This document shows positions 9,607-20,720 of a DNA stretch of 64,000 nt, in pieces; position 1 is the stretch's first letter; the number at the start of each line of letters is the position of its first letter. The notes under the pieces are model-generated. The model saw nothing but the letters and a program-made list of their open reading frames with translations. It had not been told where the DNA came from and did not search any database. Position numbers and translations under genes: made by a program. This DNA comes from a virus. Its lineage: Duplodnaviria > Caudoviricetes. The stretch covers positions 12,994 through 76,993 of the IMG/VR virus record IMGVR_UViG_3300047160_007019. One strand, 5' to 3'.

Positions 9607-10269
9607 CTACAACTGGAAGCCTTCCGCATTGAGCGAACAGGTCGTTCCACCGCTGACACCGGTGACGGTCAGGATGATCGAGGTTGCCGCAGCAGAAGCA
9701 GGCACGGGCTGAGGGAAAGATCGTTGTAGGCCGGAGAATGCGTTCGTCAGTTCCGTCACCTGGTAGCTCTCCGTGCCCGTAATGACGCCGGCCAAGGTCG
9801 CCGTTGTCCCCACCGCAGTCGATGCCTGGAACTGGCAGGTGATCGAGAAGCCGTTGATGTAGGTGGTCTTGCCGCTCACCCCAGCCAGCGTGCAGGTCAG
9901 GTTCGCGGTGCTGGCTCCCGTGGTCGAACAGGTCAGCGGCGTGCCGGCGGCCGTGGCCTGGCTCGTGACGGTGCCGCTCACTGGCACAGGCGTTCCACCG
10001 GTCGCGCCCTGGACGGTGACAACGCCCGCCGCCGGTGTTCCGGCCGTACCGGAACCGGTGACGGTCTGGGTTCCGCTCGGCGTTGAGGTGACGCTGCCGG
10101 TGACGCGCAGGTTGCCGCTGGTATCCAGAGACAGATTGCCCGGCTGATTGATGTACGGGGTGTAGTTCGGTGCGGCCGAGGTGACCCAGCCGGTGTCACC
10201 AGCGTTTGCGCATGGCACGAACAGCAGCGTAGCGGTCAGCAGTACAGCGAAGCGAAAACAGTTTTTCAT
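9607..10269 (-). CDS. Thr/Gly-rich beta protein with signal peptide
   Basis: MKNCFRFAVLLTATLLFVPCANA|G resembles an SPase I signal. Confidence 0.55.
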   Translation of the reverse strand: MKNCFRFAVLLTATLLFVPCANAGDTGWVTSAAPNYTPYINQPGNLSLDTSGNLRVTGSVTSTPSGTQTVTGSGTAGTPAAGVVTVQGATGGTPVPVSGTVTSQATAAGTPLTCSTTGASTANLTCTLAGVSGKTTYINGFSITCQFQASTAVGTTATLAGVITGTESYQVTELTNAFSGLQRSFPQPVPASAAATSIILTVTGVSGGTTCSLNAEGFQL

Positions 10270-10305
10270 CGTTGACTCCTTTTGGTTAGGTAATGTTTCC
10301 TGATT

Positions 10306-10677
10306 TTAGCGAACGCCAAGTTCGCCTTCGCCCTGCAAGGTCAAAGCGGTCGCAGTATTGGAACCTCCGACGAGAAAGTCGGCCACGTCCAGTGGCATCG
10401 CTCCGTACCAGTCCACATAGGAATTGGCGGCGACGCTGGTGCCCAGACCCATGAACTCGCTGCCAGCGGCATTGGCTCCGGTCGCGCCGATCCACAACGA
10501 GAACGTCGCCGCCGTACCGGTCTTGTTGACGATGCGGATGTGCTTGAGAATGAAGTACAGGTTGCCGGACGAAGCAGGCATGCCGACACCGCCGGTCGTG
10601 GTGCCTGGGTTCAATATGTTGGTGGTCAGCGTGGTGGTCAGAGCCACTGGACCGAAACGAACTGGTTTGTTTTGCAT
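10306..10677 (-). CDS. Small beta-rich virion protein
   Basis: RBS AGGAG; beta-strand-rich sequence. Confidence 0.5.
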   Translation of the reverse strand: MQNKPVRFGPVALTTTLTTNILNPGTTTGGVGMPASSGNLYFILKHIRIVNKTGTAATFSLWIGATGANAAGSEFMGLGTSVAANSYVDWYGAMPLDVADFLVGGSNTATALTLQGEGELGVR

Positions 10678-10690
10678 GGTAAATTCTCCT

Positions 10691-11119
10691 TCAGGTTGAT
10701 TCAGGCCAAACTTCGATCATCAACTCGCCGGTGCCGACGCGACGATGATCCGTGCCGCTGCCGCCGATCTTTTGTAAGTTGGCGATTGAAGCGGGAATGC
10801 CGGCGGCAATCAAGGCTGCGCATAGGCTTTGCGCTTCGCTTGCAGGTTCTCCTGCCACCAAAATACCGTTGCGTTTGATGCGGCCATTGATCTTCCCGCG
10901 CAGGTGGACCATCGATCTTGGGATCACCGGCTCTCCCGGCTTGAATGTCGGTTGCTGTGGCAGAACTTGGTCCAGAAATTCCACCAGCGCCACGGCGTCA
11001 TTCCAAGGCTGCGATTCGTCGTAGGCGTAGACGACGATATTGGTCTGTGGATGATCTGACCAGTGCGCGGCGATATGCGGCTTGGCATCTGCCAATTGTT
11101 GATCGGTGAATTTTCTCAT
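10691..11119 (-). CDS. Hypothetical protein
   Basis: Coupled ORF in the tail region. Confidence 0.5.
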   Translation of the reverse strand: MRKFTDQQLADAKPHIAAHWSDHPQTNIVVYAYDESQPWNDAVALVEFLDQVLPQQPTFKPGEPVIPRSMVHLRGKINGRIKRNGILVAGEPASEAQSLCAALIAAGIPASIANLQKIGGSGTDHRRVGTGELMIEVWPEST

Positions 11120-12303
11120 GGCGTAGAGTGCAACAAGTACATGCCGGCGTTGATCGTGCCACTGGAGCTGTTCTGCGCATCTTGGCCCCAGCCTCTAACA
11201 CTTGGGGTCAGCCAATCGGTGCGGCTGACTTGATAGACCTGTGTGTATTTATTCCTTTTTGCGCCGAAATAGAAAGTGAAATTGGTTCCATCATCATGCA
11301 CCTTCAGCCAAATACCATCCTGTATGAACGGCGCGCCCATGTTGAAGTAGGTCGAGTTGAAGCTGGTCGGGCTGTTGAGCTTGATGATTTGGAATTCAGG
11401 GGCATTCAGGCCCCCGGCACTAGGAGAATTCGGCATCTGTCCAACAAGGGCAAACACCACAGCTTTTGGAGTTGCGCCGCTCGCCAAGATGGCCAGTCCC
11501 CCCTGCATATAGCTGCGGTTCAGATAATCAGGGAGGATGAAAATCTCGTGATCGTATGGGGTTGATGGGAGCGATTCGACCTGGAACGCCCAACTATCAG
11601 CAGCAGACAAACCGGCTTGCAGCAGATAAAGGAATGGCCCAACAGAAGAAATCGTGGCGCTGCCCTGGTTGACCCAAGAAAAGTTTGCTGCTACCGGAGG
11701 AGTGACAACCTGGGTGCCATATCGAGTGTAGTTGAACGATCCTCCTGCGGTGCTGATTAGTTCTGCTGGCGCATCGGTGCACTGATAAATCTCTGCGCCA
11801 GTTGGAGTACCGGCCGAGGCATAGAGACCAGCGCCAATAGCTGCAATGCCATTGAGGCCCGCTACACCTGTGGCACCAGGAATAGAAAAACCATCCTCTC
11901 CTGGAGAGCCTTCAAGAAACAGCGCTGATCCTTGTGCGCCTGCAACTCCGGCTGCGCCAGGACTGCCCGGCGGACCAGGGACAATGATCGAATCTCCGCC
12001 GCCATCTCCATCTTCAGACAGAATGAACTGAGACGACTCAAAAATGTTGGTGACAGTGCTGCCACCGCTCGGCAGGTTGTTGACCTGATTTTGGAGCTGC
12101 CGAAGCTGCGCCAGAATCTGGTTGACCAGAGCGGTGAGCTGGGCATTGTTGCCACCGGCAGGAATTCCGCTGACAGCCTTGGCGACGGCGCTGGTGATCG
12201 CCGGGTTGATCGACTGCGCCATGCTGATGAGGTCTTTCCTGTGCGCAGGATTCATCCCGGTCAGAGACGGAATTACGACCTGTGCGGTAGAGGAGTTAGC
12301 CAC
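11116..12303 (-). CDS. Tail fibre-like protein with coiled coil, collagen-like GXY stretch and lectin-like C-terminus
   Basis: [16 protein letters not shown]...GSPGEDG...[10 protein letters not shown]. Confidence 0.6.
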   Translation of the reverse strand: MANSSTAQVVIPSLTGMNPAHRKDLISMAQSINPAITSAVAKAVSGIPAGGNNAQLTALVNQILAQLRQLQNQVNNLPSGGSTVTNIFESSQFILSEDGDGGGDSIIVPGPPGSPGAAGVAGAQGSALFLEGSPGEDGFSIPGATGVAGLNGIAAIGAGLYASAGTPTGAEIYQCTDAPAELISTAGGSFNYTRYGTQVVTPPVAANFSWVNQGSATISSVGPFLYLLQAGLSAADSWAFQVESLPSTPYDHEIFILPDYLNRSYMQGGLAILASGATPKAVVFALVGQMPNSPSAGGLNAPEFQIIKLNSPTSFNSTYFNMGAPFIQDGIWLKVHDDGTNFTFYFGAKRNKYTQVYQVSRTDWLTPSVRGWGQDAQNSSSGTINAGMYLLHSTP

Positions 12304-15300
12304 CTGTCAACTCCTCGACACGCTCGGCGTATTCAATGGTCTGTACCGCTGGGTTTGCGGTTGCTCCCCACGTCAGGATGAACTGGTGATCGTTGCCGTT
12401 CCATGGCTCGATGGTGAATTCGTTGTCGTCCACTGGAGTACGCACCGGTGCCGCAGCACCTTCCACGAAAAGCTGCGTCTGCAAGCCCATGTAGTTGTCG
12501 GCGCGGACGCGCTCAACTCCGTAGGCCGTTTCATAGGCATCAAGGTAAAGCTTTGAGGACCAGTAGCCAGGGCGGTAGGTTGATTCGCCTTCCCACTGGC
12601 AGAGCTGGTTGGTCGCGGTGGTATCGGAGCCGTTGTAGGTGACACCAGCGATCTGCCAGAAGCCGAAGTCTGGCACGAAGTACAGGGTGTCTCCCGCGGT
12701 GTTGGTGACAGCGGCGGTGACGTGCACATCCACGCTGGCCAGTCCGAACCCATCCGGGTTCATATCCAGAATCATCCCGGCCTTGAGCTCGGCGGTCAGG
12801 CTGGTACTGCCGACGGTCTGCGAGTTGTTGACCGTGTACTTTCCACCGCCCAGGTAGGCGGTAATCATCGTCCCCGAGGTGACTCCGGTTCCGGAGATGA
12901 GAGTCCCCAGGCGCAGCAGGCCGCGGTTCGCGCTCGGAACTGCAGTGGCCGTCAGCGTGGTTCCTGAAATGGAGCCAGTGAAGTTGAACGAAGTGTCGAA
13001 CCAGAAGAAGTACAGGCGCTGGTTGACACAGGCAGTGATACTGCTCGGGGTCAGACCCTGCCATTCCCGGCGCGTGAACAGCTGGGAAGTGACGTTGCGG
13101 ATCTGGCCGAATCCAGCGTAACCGTAGACACCATCAGTCGAGGCAAACACCGCGCCGTAGTCCGGATGGTAGGCGGTGCTGCGCGCACTGACGCAAGCCT
13201 GCGGGAATGATTCCACGCCCATCTGGAACGCCGATGGATCAGTGCCGTATGCAGTGTACGGGCGTCCTTGAGTCAGGATGCCGATGTTGAAGCCCAAGGC
13301 TACCAGGGCGACGATGGGTGAGTCCGTCGCCAGGGCGTAGGACTGCGGCCAAGCCTGCGGTTGTCCGGCCACCGACAGGTACAGCGTGTTGCCGACGAAC
13401 CCGGCCAGAATCTCGTTTGGCAGCGCGATGATGCCAATGAGGTTGGATGGCGGAGGGTCCCAGTCGGCCGATTGCAGCGCCTCACCCAGGTCAGTCGTCG
13501 GCGTGGCGTCGATGTAGGTCCAGCCCGACAGCGTGTGGGTGACACCATACATCGTGAACGAGGTCTGCAACGAATAGGTGCCGCTGATGTTGGCGAAGTA
13601 GAACAGCGTCCCCCCGTTGGCCTGGATGGTCAGCGGTTGCGAAAGTGTTACGGAAGTGTTCGCAACGAAACTGGACACGGTGGTTCCAGGCGGTACTGCG
13701 CCGACGGCATCCGTGACTACCATGCCGTTCGAGATACCGGCAGTGCTGGTCATGGGGATCGTCGCCAGACCCGAGGCAACCGTGCTGCTGCTCGCCTGGA
13801 TCACCTGCGGCTCGTAGACCACGGTGTAGGCTTGACCCGAGACTATGGTGCCGGCACCGCTTCCTGCCAGGCTCACCGCAGCTCCACCGTTGAGGGCGAT
13901 GGTCACGGCCCCGGTGCTGGTAGCGGTGGCGATGAAGAAATAGCAGGTGTTCTGAGCCGGAGCCGCGCTGTCGGTAGTGGTCAGCGTGATCGCATTGGCA
14001 GTGCCTCCTACCTTACAGATCGGGAAGCCGCCGTCAGAATAGTTGCCGTTCTCGACTTGCTCATACTGGCTGCCGGAACTGCCGGTGGCAACGCGATACA
14101 GGTAGAGCTCGGAATACTCCGCCGCCAGCGTGGACGGCGTGGGGAAGCTGATGATGTTGATGTTGTCGTTGTCAACCTGTACCGACGGCGTGGACGGCGG
14201 ACTGACGCTGGATTCCAGGGACAGCGAGTTGGCGCCGGTGAACAGGTAGTTCGAGTAAACCGGGACCAGCGTGGCTGGCGGCTGGTTGACACTGACAATG
14301 ATGGTTCCAAAGTAGACATGGCCAGCATCCGGGGCGTTTGCGCCGGCGGCGCTGGCAATCTGCACGTCATCGCCGCAGTATGTTGCGGTCAGGCCGGTAG
14401 CCTGCGCAATGATCGCGCTGGTGGTGAGGTTCTTCACGACCACGGAGCAGGTATAGGTCCGAATGCCACTCGAACTCAGTCCATTGTTGACGCAGGTGAT
14501 GGACACTGCGAGAGGCGTGGTAGCGCCGAGACCCGATGTCGTCAAAGAGACCGCTGCGCTGCCAGCACCTTGGTCGGTCCAGGTGATATTGCCGCCGGTC
14601 TGGAATGGGAAGTACAGCTGCGCACCTTGCGAGTTCGAGGCGACAACGCGAATCAAGGCATCCTGATCCTCTACCAAGTCGCTGCCGTCGGTAGAGCTGA
14701 CATTGCAAGTGACGGTGAAGTTTACGCTGGTGGCGAAGTCAAAGGCCCCGTCAATGGTCGCCCACGTGGAGTTTGACTGTTGCGCCAGCACGTCATAGCA
14801 GGGATGGGGGATGGTCGGATGGCCACCACTGGCAATAGACGTGACGCTGCCGTAGGCGCCACTCCATCCAACCGACCACCCCGTCATATCCGTGATGTAG
14901 GGGAACGTGCTGGTGTTGTTCACCGATGAACCGGGAATGTTGCTCACCCCAGGCGCGGTGGTCGGGGCAGGCACCGCCAGGTTCTGCGACGCCACAGGGT
15001 ACGGGCCGTTCGGTGCTGTGTTGCCGTTAAGCGCCAGTGCCACGTTGGTGATTTGCGGAGCCCCGGTCCCAGCGAAAACCGTGCGGTAGGTCGTGTCGTT
15101 GGCGATGGGAATGCGCGCGACGCTGACCATGGTCGCGCCGTTCTGCAGTTCCGTATTGGCCCACGAGAACCATTTGGTGACGTTGGTGCCATCGTAGTAC
15201 GGATAGATGGTCGTGGTCGGGCCAGGCTTTCCCAGCGCGTATAGGTCCGAGATATCGTTCCAGGCCTCCAGATCTCCGGACAGCAGGCGCGCGTTCATCG

Positions 15301-15379
15301 CCACCGGTGACATTTCGTTCGGCAGTGCCCTTTGTGAAACCCTGGGCGCCTCTCCGCGGAAGTTCTTGATCGATATCAT
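12296..15379 (-). CDS. Tail nozzle/stabilisation-like protein with inserted domains (1027 aa)
   Basis: [15 protein letters not shown] start and [22 protein letters not shown] core; synteny. Confidence 0.65.
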   Translation of the reverse strand: MISIKNFRGEAPRVSQRALPNEMSPVAMNARLLSGDLEAWNDISDLYALGKPGPTTTIYPYYDGTNVTKWFSWANTELQNGATMVSVARIPIANDTTYRTVFAGTGAPQITNVALALNGNTAPNGPYPVASQNLAVPAPTTAPGVSNIPGSSVNNTSTFPYITDMTGWSVGWSGAYGSVTSIASGGHPTIPHPCYDVLAQQSNSTWATIDGAFDFATSVNFTVTCNVSSTDGSDLVEDQDALIRVVASNSQGAQLYFPFQTGGNITWTDQGAGSAAVSLTTSGLGATTPLAVSITCVNNGLSSSGIRTYTCSVVVKNLTTSAIIAQATGLTATYCGDDVQIASAAGANAPDAGHVYFGTIIVSVNQPPATLVPVYSNYLFTGANSLSLESSVSPPSTPSVQVDNDNINIISFPTPSTLAAEYSELYLYRVATGSSGSQYEQVENGNYSDGGFPICKVGGTANAITLTTTDSAAPAQNTCYFFIATATSTGAVTIALNGGAAVSLAGSGAGTIVSGQAYTVVYEPQVIQASSSTVASGLATIPMTSTAGISNGMVVTDAVGAVPPGTTVSSFVANTSVTLSQPLTIQANGGTLFYFANISGTYSLQTSFTMYGVTHTLSGWTYIDATPTTDLGEALQSADWDPPPSNLIGIIALPNEILAGFVGNTLYLSVAGQPQAWPQSYALATDSPIVALVALGFNIGILTQGRPYTAYGTDPSAFQMGVESFPQACVSARSTAYHPDYGAVFASTDGVYGYAGFGQIRNVTSQLFTRREWQGLTPSSITACVNQRLYFFWFDTSFNFTGSISGTTLTATAVPSANRGLLRLGTLISGTGVTSGTMITAYLGGGKYTVNNSQTVGSTSLTAELKAGMILDMNPDGFGLASVDVHVTAAVTNTAGDTLYFVPDFGFWQIAGVTYNGSDTTATNQLCQWEGESTYRPGYWSSKLYLDAYETAYGVERVRADNYMGLQTQLFVEGAAAPVRTPVDDNEFTIEPWNGNDHQFILTWGATANPAVQTIEYAERVEELTGG

Positions 15380-17205
15380 GGATACGGGAACGGCGCAGTC
15401 GGCGGTGTGAAGTTGGCGGTGTAGCGGCCTACTCCTTTGGTGACGCGGACTTCATCGACATAGCCCAGCGAGCTGGGTGGCCCGACGATCTGCACCACGT
15501 CGCCGGGGTTGTGCGGCGACGTGAGGCTTATTCCTGTGGTCGAAACGGTACCCTGCAGCACGCCGTCGATGAAAGCGTACAGAATCTGGCTGACTTGGCT
15601 AAAAGCTATGTGATGCCAAGTATTAACCGTTACGTTTCCGCCAAAGTTATGGATGAACGGGAAGGCAGTGAATACCACGTCAATATTGGCTTGTCCGGCA
15701 ATTCCAGTGTTGCCGCTATTAACCTCCCATGTATAGAAGTCGCCGCTGCTGCTGATGGCTAGCAGGCGGATATTTTGATTGATGGGCGGAGGAGATAGAT
15801 ATGATGTGACGTAGACCCAACCCTCTACCGTGTAGTCGCCCGTACCGAAGTCGAAGTCGGTGCTGGTCGGACATTCAATGGCTGAGGCGTTGTCCGGAAT
15901 TGAGAGAGACGATGGTCCGAACTTGGCCTGCGCAGTCGACAATGCGGCATTGGACCCGTTGGCGGTCCATATATGGCGCCCGGTGGTGTCGGTAAATATC
16001 GTGCTGCCATTGATGCCATCGAAGTGCAGCAGGGCCACCACATCGGAGCTGAACGGATCGCCCGGAACCGTCGCGCTAATCTCGGTGGAGGTCTGCGTCT
16101 GCGAGCAGAGATTGGTGGCGACTACCTTGAAGTAGTAAGTAGTACCAGACGTCAGGCCGATTATTGGCCAATTCAGTGTGCCGCCGCTGCCGACTCCAGT
16201 GTAGACCGGAACGCCAGTCTCGCCGCCCGGCGTGGTGCCCATATAGGCTGCATAGTTGACGTTCTGCTGAGACGTAAAGGACAGGGTGATCTGGCCGATG
16301 CCAGGAGTCGGCGTGACGCTCGGGGCCAGCAGTTGGAACGGAATGATGCTGGCAATGTTGGACGGCGACGACTCGCCGCCGGGGCCTACAGCGGTCACCT
16401 CGTAGTAGTAAGTGGTTCCGTCGGTCAGGCTGCCCACTGGCGTGTTCGTGCTGGTGAGCCCGGTTATTATCTTAGTGTATGGACCACCGAAGGCCGTGGC
16501 CTGATAGACGTTGTAGGAGGATGCGCCAATTGATCCCGTCCAGGCTAATTGTCCGCGGCCGTCGCAAGCAACAGCGGTGAGGCTGGTAGGTGCCGCCGGT
16601 GGCTGGATTGCAGGTGTGGCGTTGACTTCCGTGCATGCCCCTAGCCATCCCTTGAAGATCGGCTGCACCAGAAAGTAGTAGGTGGTGCCGTTGGTGAGTC
16701 CCTGCACCAGCACACCAGCGTTGTTTTGGGTGATCCACGGTTGGCCGGGGATTTGCGTGGTGGGCAGAGGCGTCGGAATTTCCTGGCCAGAGGCTGTTCC
16801 CAGATAGACGTTATAGCCGATGGCACCGAACACTTCCGTGATATTGAGCTGGACCTGGAACGCCGCTGCAACAGCCGATACCTGCGGCGTCGAGTAACTG
16901 GCAAGCCTACCCAAGTAGGACGATATGCTGCGGCCATCGCCCAGCTCCGCCACGATCTTGAAGGCGTAGGCCGTGAGGTTAAGACCGGTTACGGTGGCCG
17001 TGGTCGTGGTGAGATGCGACACGAACGGGATCATGTTGTCGTCGCGCGTGCCCGTGTAGACGGTATAGCTCACTGCATCCGGTACCGGCGCCCAGGACAG
17101 GAACATTGACTGGCCGGTCAGCAGCAAGATGAACGGGAAGGACTGAGGATTGAATGCCCCAGCGGCATATCCGGTATCGGCATAGATCGTCAGGGGGTTC
17201 ATCAA
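15376..17205 (-). CDS. Fibre/appendage protein with several FN3 domains and a C-terminal LamG/ConA-like domain
   Basis: FN3 motifs ([14 protein letters not shown]) and LLHFDG...WHHIA...[19 protein letters not shown]. Confidence 0.75.
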   Translation of the reverse strand: MMNPLTIYADTGYAAGAFNPQSFPFILLLTGQSMFLSWAPVPDAVSYTVYTGTRDDNMIPFVSHLTTTTATVTGLNLTAYAFKIVAELGDGRSISSYLGRLASYSTPQVSAVAAAFQVQLNITEVFGAIGYNVYLGTASGQEIPTPLPTTQIPGQPWITQNNAGVLVQGLTNGTTYYFLVQPIFKGWLGACTEVNATPAIQPPAAPTSLTAVACDGRGQLAWTGSIGASSYNVYQATAFGGPYTKIITGLTSTNTPVGSLTDGTTYYYEVTAVGPGGESSPSNIASIIPFQLLAPSVTPTPGIGQITLSFTSQQNVNYAAYMGTTPGGETGVPVYTGVGSGGTLNWPIIGLTSGTTYYFKVVATNLCSQTQTSTEISATVPGDPFSSDVVALLHFDGINGSTIFTDTTGRHIWTANGSNAALSTAQAKFGPSSLSIPDNASAIECPTSTDFDFGTGDYTVEGWVYVTSYLSPPPINQNIRLLAISSSGDFYTWEVNSGNTGIAGQANIDVVFTAFPFIHNFGGNVTVNTWHHIAFSQVSQILYAFIDGVLQGTVSTTGISLTSPHNPGDVVQIVGPPSSLGYVDEVRVTKGVGRYTANFTPPTAPFPYP

Positions 17206-18131
17206 TTGATGCTCTTGATGATGAAGGGCGCGGGCTGAACGCGCAGGTTGCCGGACTGGAAGTCGCGCAGGGCCTCCGCTTTGGCCCGCTGCAGGCCATC
17301 ATCGAATAACGACTTGTTGGCCAGAGACGCATCACCGTTGAACCAGGGCGTGCCTATCTGCTTGTACAGAAGCCACAGCGCGCCGAATCCAATGTCGGTC
17401 AGGTAGTTGGCGGCGATCTCGTCCGGAATCTGCACTGCGCCGAGCTTGGGCTGGACCGCGATCATCAGCAGGATCTGATACGGTCCGTTCGGGAAGGGAT
17501 AGAGCATGAAATTCCCAATCGGGGCGTAGGAAAATCCGCGCGGTCGTCCAGAACCGAACTTCGGGTCCATGTCGGCCGGGCTCGCCGGCGCCAGCGGGAA
17601 TGGCCCGCAGGCAGCGCGGCGCACACCGATGATTTCCTCGTCCGATGAGAGGCCCAGGAACTGGCTGAACACCGGAATCGTGGGTTCGCCATTGGCCGGT
17701 ACGTTGGCCTGGAATGACTGCGGCGTAGTGCTGACCTCGGAACTTGCCGCGCTTGGACCCACGCCGTTGACGGCCTGCACGGTGAAAAAATACTCGGTGC
17801 CGTTGGTCAGGTTGAGCACCACGGCTGCGGTCTGGTTGATGTTGGTCAGGTTCGGCGATTCCTGGCCGGATACGGTGCCCACGTTGATGGTGTAACTGGT
17901 GGCGTTCGGCACCGGTGTCCAGGCCAAGGTGGCCTGCGCGTTGCCGGCGGCGATCGAGACGTTTTGCGGTATGCCCGGAACGGCGCAGGTGAAGTCCGCC
18001 TGCCGGCGCACGTACCAGCTCTTTTGACAGAACATGCGCGCCGCGCGCATCACTGCGTCCTGCATGGTGTCGTCGTCGGCCTTCGGCACCTCGCGCCGGA
18101 TCTCCTGCAGGAACACCTCCATATCAGCCAT
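17202..18131 (-). CDS. Head-tail adaptor with an inserted FN3 domain
   Basis: Adaptor-like ends (AARMFCQKS; ALWLLYKQIGTPW) flank an FN3 module. Confidence 0.6.
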   Translation of the reverse strand: MADMEVFLQEIRREVPKADDDTMQDAVMRAARMFCQKSWYVRRQADFTCAVPGIPQNVSIAAGNAQATLAWTPVPNATSYTINVGTVSGQESPNLTNINQTAAVVLNLTNGTEYFFTVQAVNGVGPSAASSEVSTTPQSFQANVPANGEPTIPVFSQFLGLSSDEEIIGVRRAACGPFPLAPASPADMDPKFGSGRPRGFSYAPIGNFMLYPFPNGPYQILLMIAVQPKLGAVQIPDEIAANYLTDIGFGALWLLYKQIGTPWFNGDASLANKSLFDDGLQRAKAEALRDFQSGNLRVQPAPFIIKSIN

Positions 18132-18135
18132 GAGC

Positions 18136-19026
18136 TCAGCCTCTCGGTTGTGCAGGATTGGTGTGGCCCGCCTGGATAAGCCGGATGTTCTTCACGTCCT
18201 GATCCAGGTTCTTCATGTACTCCAGGTAAAAGGCTTGGGCCATCTGCATATCGCCGTCTTTGCCGCGACGCTGATACGCCTGATAGACGATGAACAGGTA
18301 GGCCGCCTCGGCATACAGGTCAGGCAGCGGGAACTTGTCGGAGAAGGTGAGCAGCGTTCCCGACGGGATGTTGTACTGCTGGATGTTGTTGCTCAGCGTC
18401 ACCGATACGCCAGCAACGATCGAAAGGACGGTGGTGGCAGGAACCACTGGACCGCCGGTGAGCTGGCCGAATGGCACTGGGTCGCACCACATGCCTACTG
18501 TTACCCCTGCCGTGTTGGTCATCGGTATGACGGCTTGGCCAGCATTCGCCACGCCCGTCGTATAGAGCTGGACGGCGGTGGCATCGTCCGGAACCTGCTG
18601 GTAGACCAACTGGATGTATCCAGGGACTGCAGGCTGCGGCGGCGACACGTAGAAGCGCTTGGGGTCGTTCGGGTCCGCCATGTAGTTTCGCGTGCGTGTC
18701 GATGGCGGTTGTTGCGCCCAGTTCGGACGGCCGCGGCGGAACGTCTCGAAGTCGGCTTCGCGGATGCCGTATCCAGGCACTCCACTGGAATTGGTGTTGA
18801 AGGGGATGTCCACCAGCGCCACTGCGTCGCCAGGCAGGTTCTGTAGCGCCCCGGCAGCACACAGGAACGGTACGTTCATCATGCTCGCCTTGGGATCAAG
18901 CTGCACGATGTCAGCCACCCCGGCGTTCATGTTTTTCAAGTGTTCGATGAAGGCCCAGCGGTCGTTCGTCTCGTCGTAGAGCACCTTGCTGGCCCTGGCG
19001 ATGACGTTGGCGGATGAGACAGGCAT
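18136..19026 (-). CDS. DUF6682-like head-tail connector, paralog 1
   Basis: VIARASKVLYD..RW..GALQNLP..FYVSPPQP pattern. Confidence 0.6.
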   Translation of the reverse strand: MPVSSANVIARASKVLYDETNDRWAFIEHLKNMNAGVADIVQLDPKASMMNVPFLCAAGALQNLPGDAVALVDIPFNTNSSGVPGYGIREADFETFRRGRPNWAQQPPSTRTRNYMADPNDPKRFYVSPPQPAVPGYIQLVYQQVPDDATAVQLYTTGVANAGQAVIPMTNTAGVTVGMWCDPVPFGQLTGGPVVPATTVLSIVAGVSVTLSNNIQQYNIPSGTLLTFSDKFPLPDLYAEAAYLFIVYQAYQRRGKDGDMQMAQAFYLEYMKNLDQDVKNIRLIQAGHTNPAQPRG

Positions 19027-19029
19027 GGC

Positions 19030-19716
19030 TTACTGAACCTCCGTCGGTTTCTCGCCTGCCTGCGACACAGTGCGGCCGGTGATGAGAGAAACGCCCTGCT
19101 GCATAAAGGCCTGGAACTTCTGGGCGTCGTATCGAGCGGTCTGCTTGCCGTAGCAGAAGGCAACGCCTATGGCGTGTAACGCAGCCAGATAGGTGTCATC
19201 CACCACCAAATCAGTGGCGTCGCTCGTCAGCGCCGGTGGCACTGCGGCGTACTGGCAGTTCAGGGTGCCACTGCCGTTGTTGGCCGGCGATACCATGAAC
19301 TGCTTGGGGATGCGCTCGTCGTAGAACCAACGACGTACCAGCGCCTGCTCTCCTGCCGTGGCCTGCCACCCGTAGGGAACACTCAGGCCCTTGTGATCCA
19401 GGGACTCGCGGTCAATCATCTGGACCGTGCTGCCATCGGCACCGTTGCTGTAGATGTCGATGACCTGGGTCCCAACCGGCAGGCTGCCGCTGTTTCCGGC
19501 GATAGGCAATGCCTGCATGGCCCCTGCCGCCAGCGGGATCGTCTCGAACACCGTGTAGGCGTCCGGCTTGATCTGGCAGACGATCTTCTGCGCCTCGTCC
19601 ACGTAGCTCAGCAGCTCCGAATCCGCGAACGCCGGGTTGCCCCCGGTAGGAGGCGATGCCGGGTCGTTCATGGTCAAGCGGATCTGCGCGATCACCGTGC
19701 TGGCAGGCAGGGCCAT
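19030..19716 (-). CDS. DUF6682-like head-tail connector, paralog 2
   Basis: IAQIRLTMND..DSELLSYVDEAQ..KPDA..GAMQALP..FMVSP pattern. Confidence 0.6.
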   Translation of the reverse strand: MALPASTVIAQIRLTMNDPASPPTGGNPAFADSELLSYVDEAQKIVCQIKPDAYTVFETIPLAAGAMQALPIAGNSGSLPVGTQVIDIYSNGADGSTVQMIDRESLDHKGLSVPYGWQATAGEQALVRRWFYDERIPKQFMVSPANNGSGTLNCQYAAVPPALTSDATDLVVDDTYLAALHAIGVAFCYGKQTARYDAQKFQAFMQQGVSLITGRTVSQAGEKPTEVQ

Positions 19717-19719
19717 GGA

Positions 19720-20397
19720 TCACTCCATGGCCGGGATGGCAGGGCGGGGCTTGGCCTGCGGCTGTACCACTTGACCGCCTGGCGCAGCGGCGACCGGCCG
19801 GGGGCGCGCGACAGGCGCTGGAGCGGTTGGGGTAGGCGCAGCGGCAACCGGCAACTGCACGCCCAGCATTTCCGCGAGGTCGACGCGCATCTGATCGTCG
19901 GTCTGGTTCCAGTCCCAGTCGTTCAGGTGGAGTTCATCGCGGATGTACGCCACCATGTCATCCCGGCTTGCGGTGGACAGGTAGAAGGTGTCTCCGCCTT
20001 CCTCCTGTTGCACGAAGTCGCTCATCAGCATCTCGGCTGCGAGGTTCTCGTCGGTGACATCGTGGATGGCGTTCTGCGCTTCTTGCGCAGCCTTGATCTT
20101 CGCTGCTGCCTCCTCCTGCTGCTGTTTCTTGAACTGGTTGGCGGCCGCCGACCGCTGGGCCTCCTGTAGCAGACGCTGGCGCGTCATGGCGTTGAGGCGG
20201 TTCAGGTAGCTGGAGGGAAGGGCCTGCACGCACCGCAACTTCTTCTTGGTGTGCTGGTCGACATCCCACACGTCCTGGTTGAAGGCCAGGATCATACCGT
20301 CGGCCCGGATCATGAACATCGGATTCCTCACCGTGGTCGGCGCGTGGTTGGCGACCAGGGGAATGACGCCTCCCTGTTTCACATTCAATGGTTGCAT
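19720..20397 (-). CDS. Hypothetical protein downstream of capsid
   Basis: RBS GGAGAG; 225-aa ORF. Confidence 0.55.
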   Translation of the reverse strand: MQPLNVKQGGVIPLVANHAPTTVRNPMFMIRADGMILAFNQDVWDVDQHTKKKLRCVQALPSSYLNRLNAMTRQRLLQEAQRSAAANQFKKQQQEEAAAKIKAAQEAQNAIHDVTDENLAAEMLMSDFVQQEEGGDTFYLSTASRDDMVAYIRDELHLNDWDWNQTDDQMRVDLAEMLGVQLPVAAAPTPTAPAPVARPRPVAAAPGGQVVQPQAKPRPAIPAME

Positions 20398-20478
20398 CGG
20401 TGACTCTCCTTCTTAAACTCGGATGTGACAGCCGCCCAGCCGATGTTCTGGCCGGGCGGCTGCTGTTACAGGTACTGC

Positions 20479-20691
20479 TTACCGGTTGCCGCCGCCGGTG
20501 TTGGGACCGGTCGGCGTCACTTCGGTGTTGTCGCTTCCCATGTCATAGGGAGCCGACTTGCCGCGGAAGCCCGACGGCTTGTCGTCCACCCCGAAGGGCT
20601 TGGACATCGCCTGGCCATTCACCGTCTTCTTGTCGACCCCGGAGTGGGCATCGGCAGGGAAGCCGTCCTTCTGGTTCTCTGCGTACTTCAT
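20479..20691 (-). CDS. Small hypothetical protein
   Basis: RBS AAGGAG; followed by a GC hairpin at about 20430-20461. Confidence 0.5.
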   Translation of the reverse strand: MKYAENQKDGFPADAHSGVDKKTVNGQAMSKPFGVDDKPSGFRGKSAPYDMGSDNTEVTPTGPNTGGGNR

Positions 20692-20720
20692 GGCTTACTC
20701 CTTAGCGCTATTCGCGCCGG

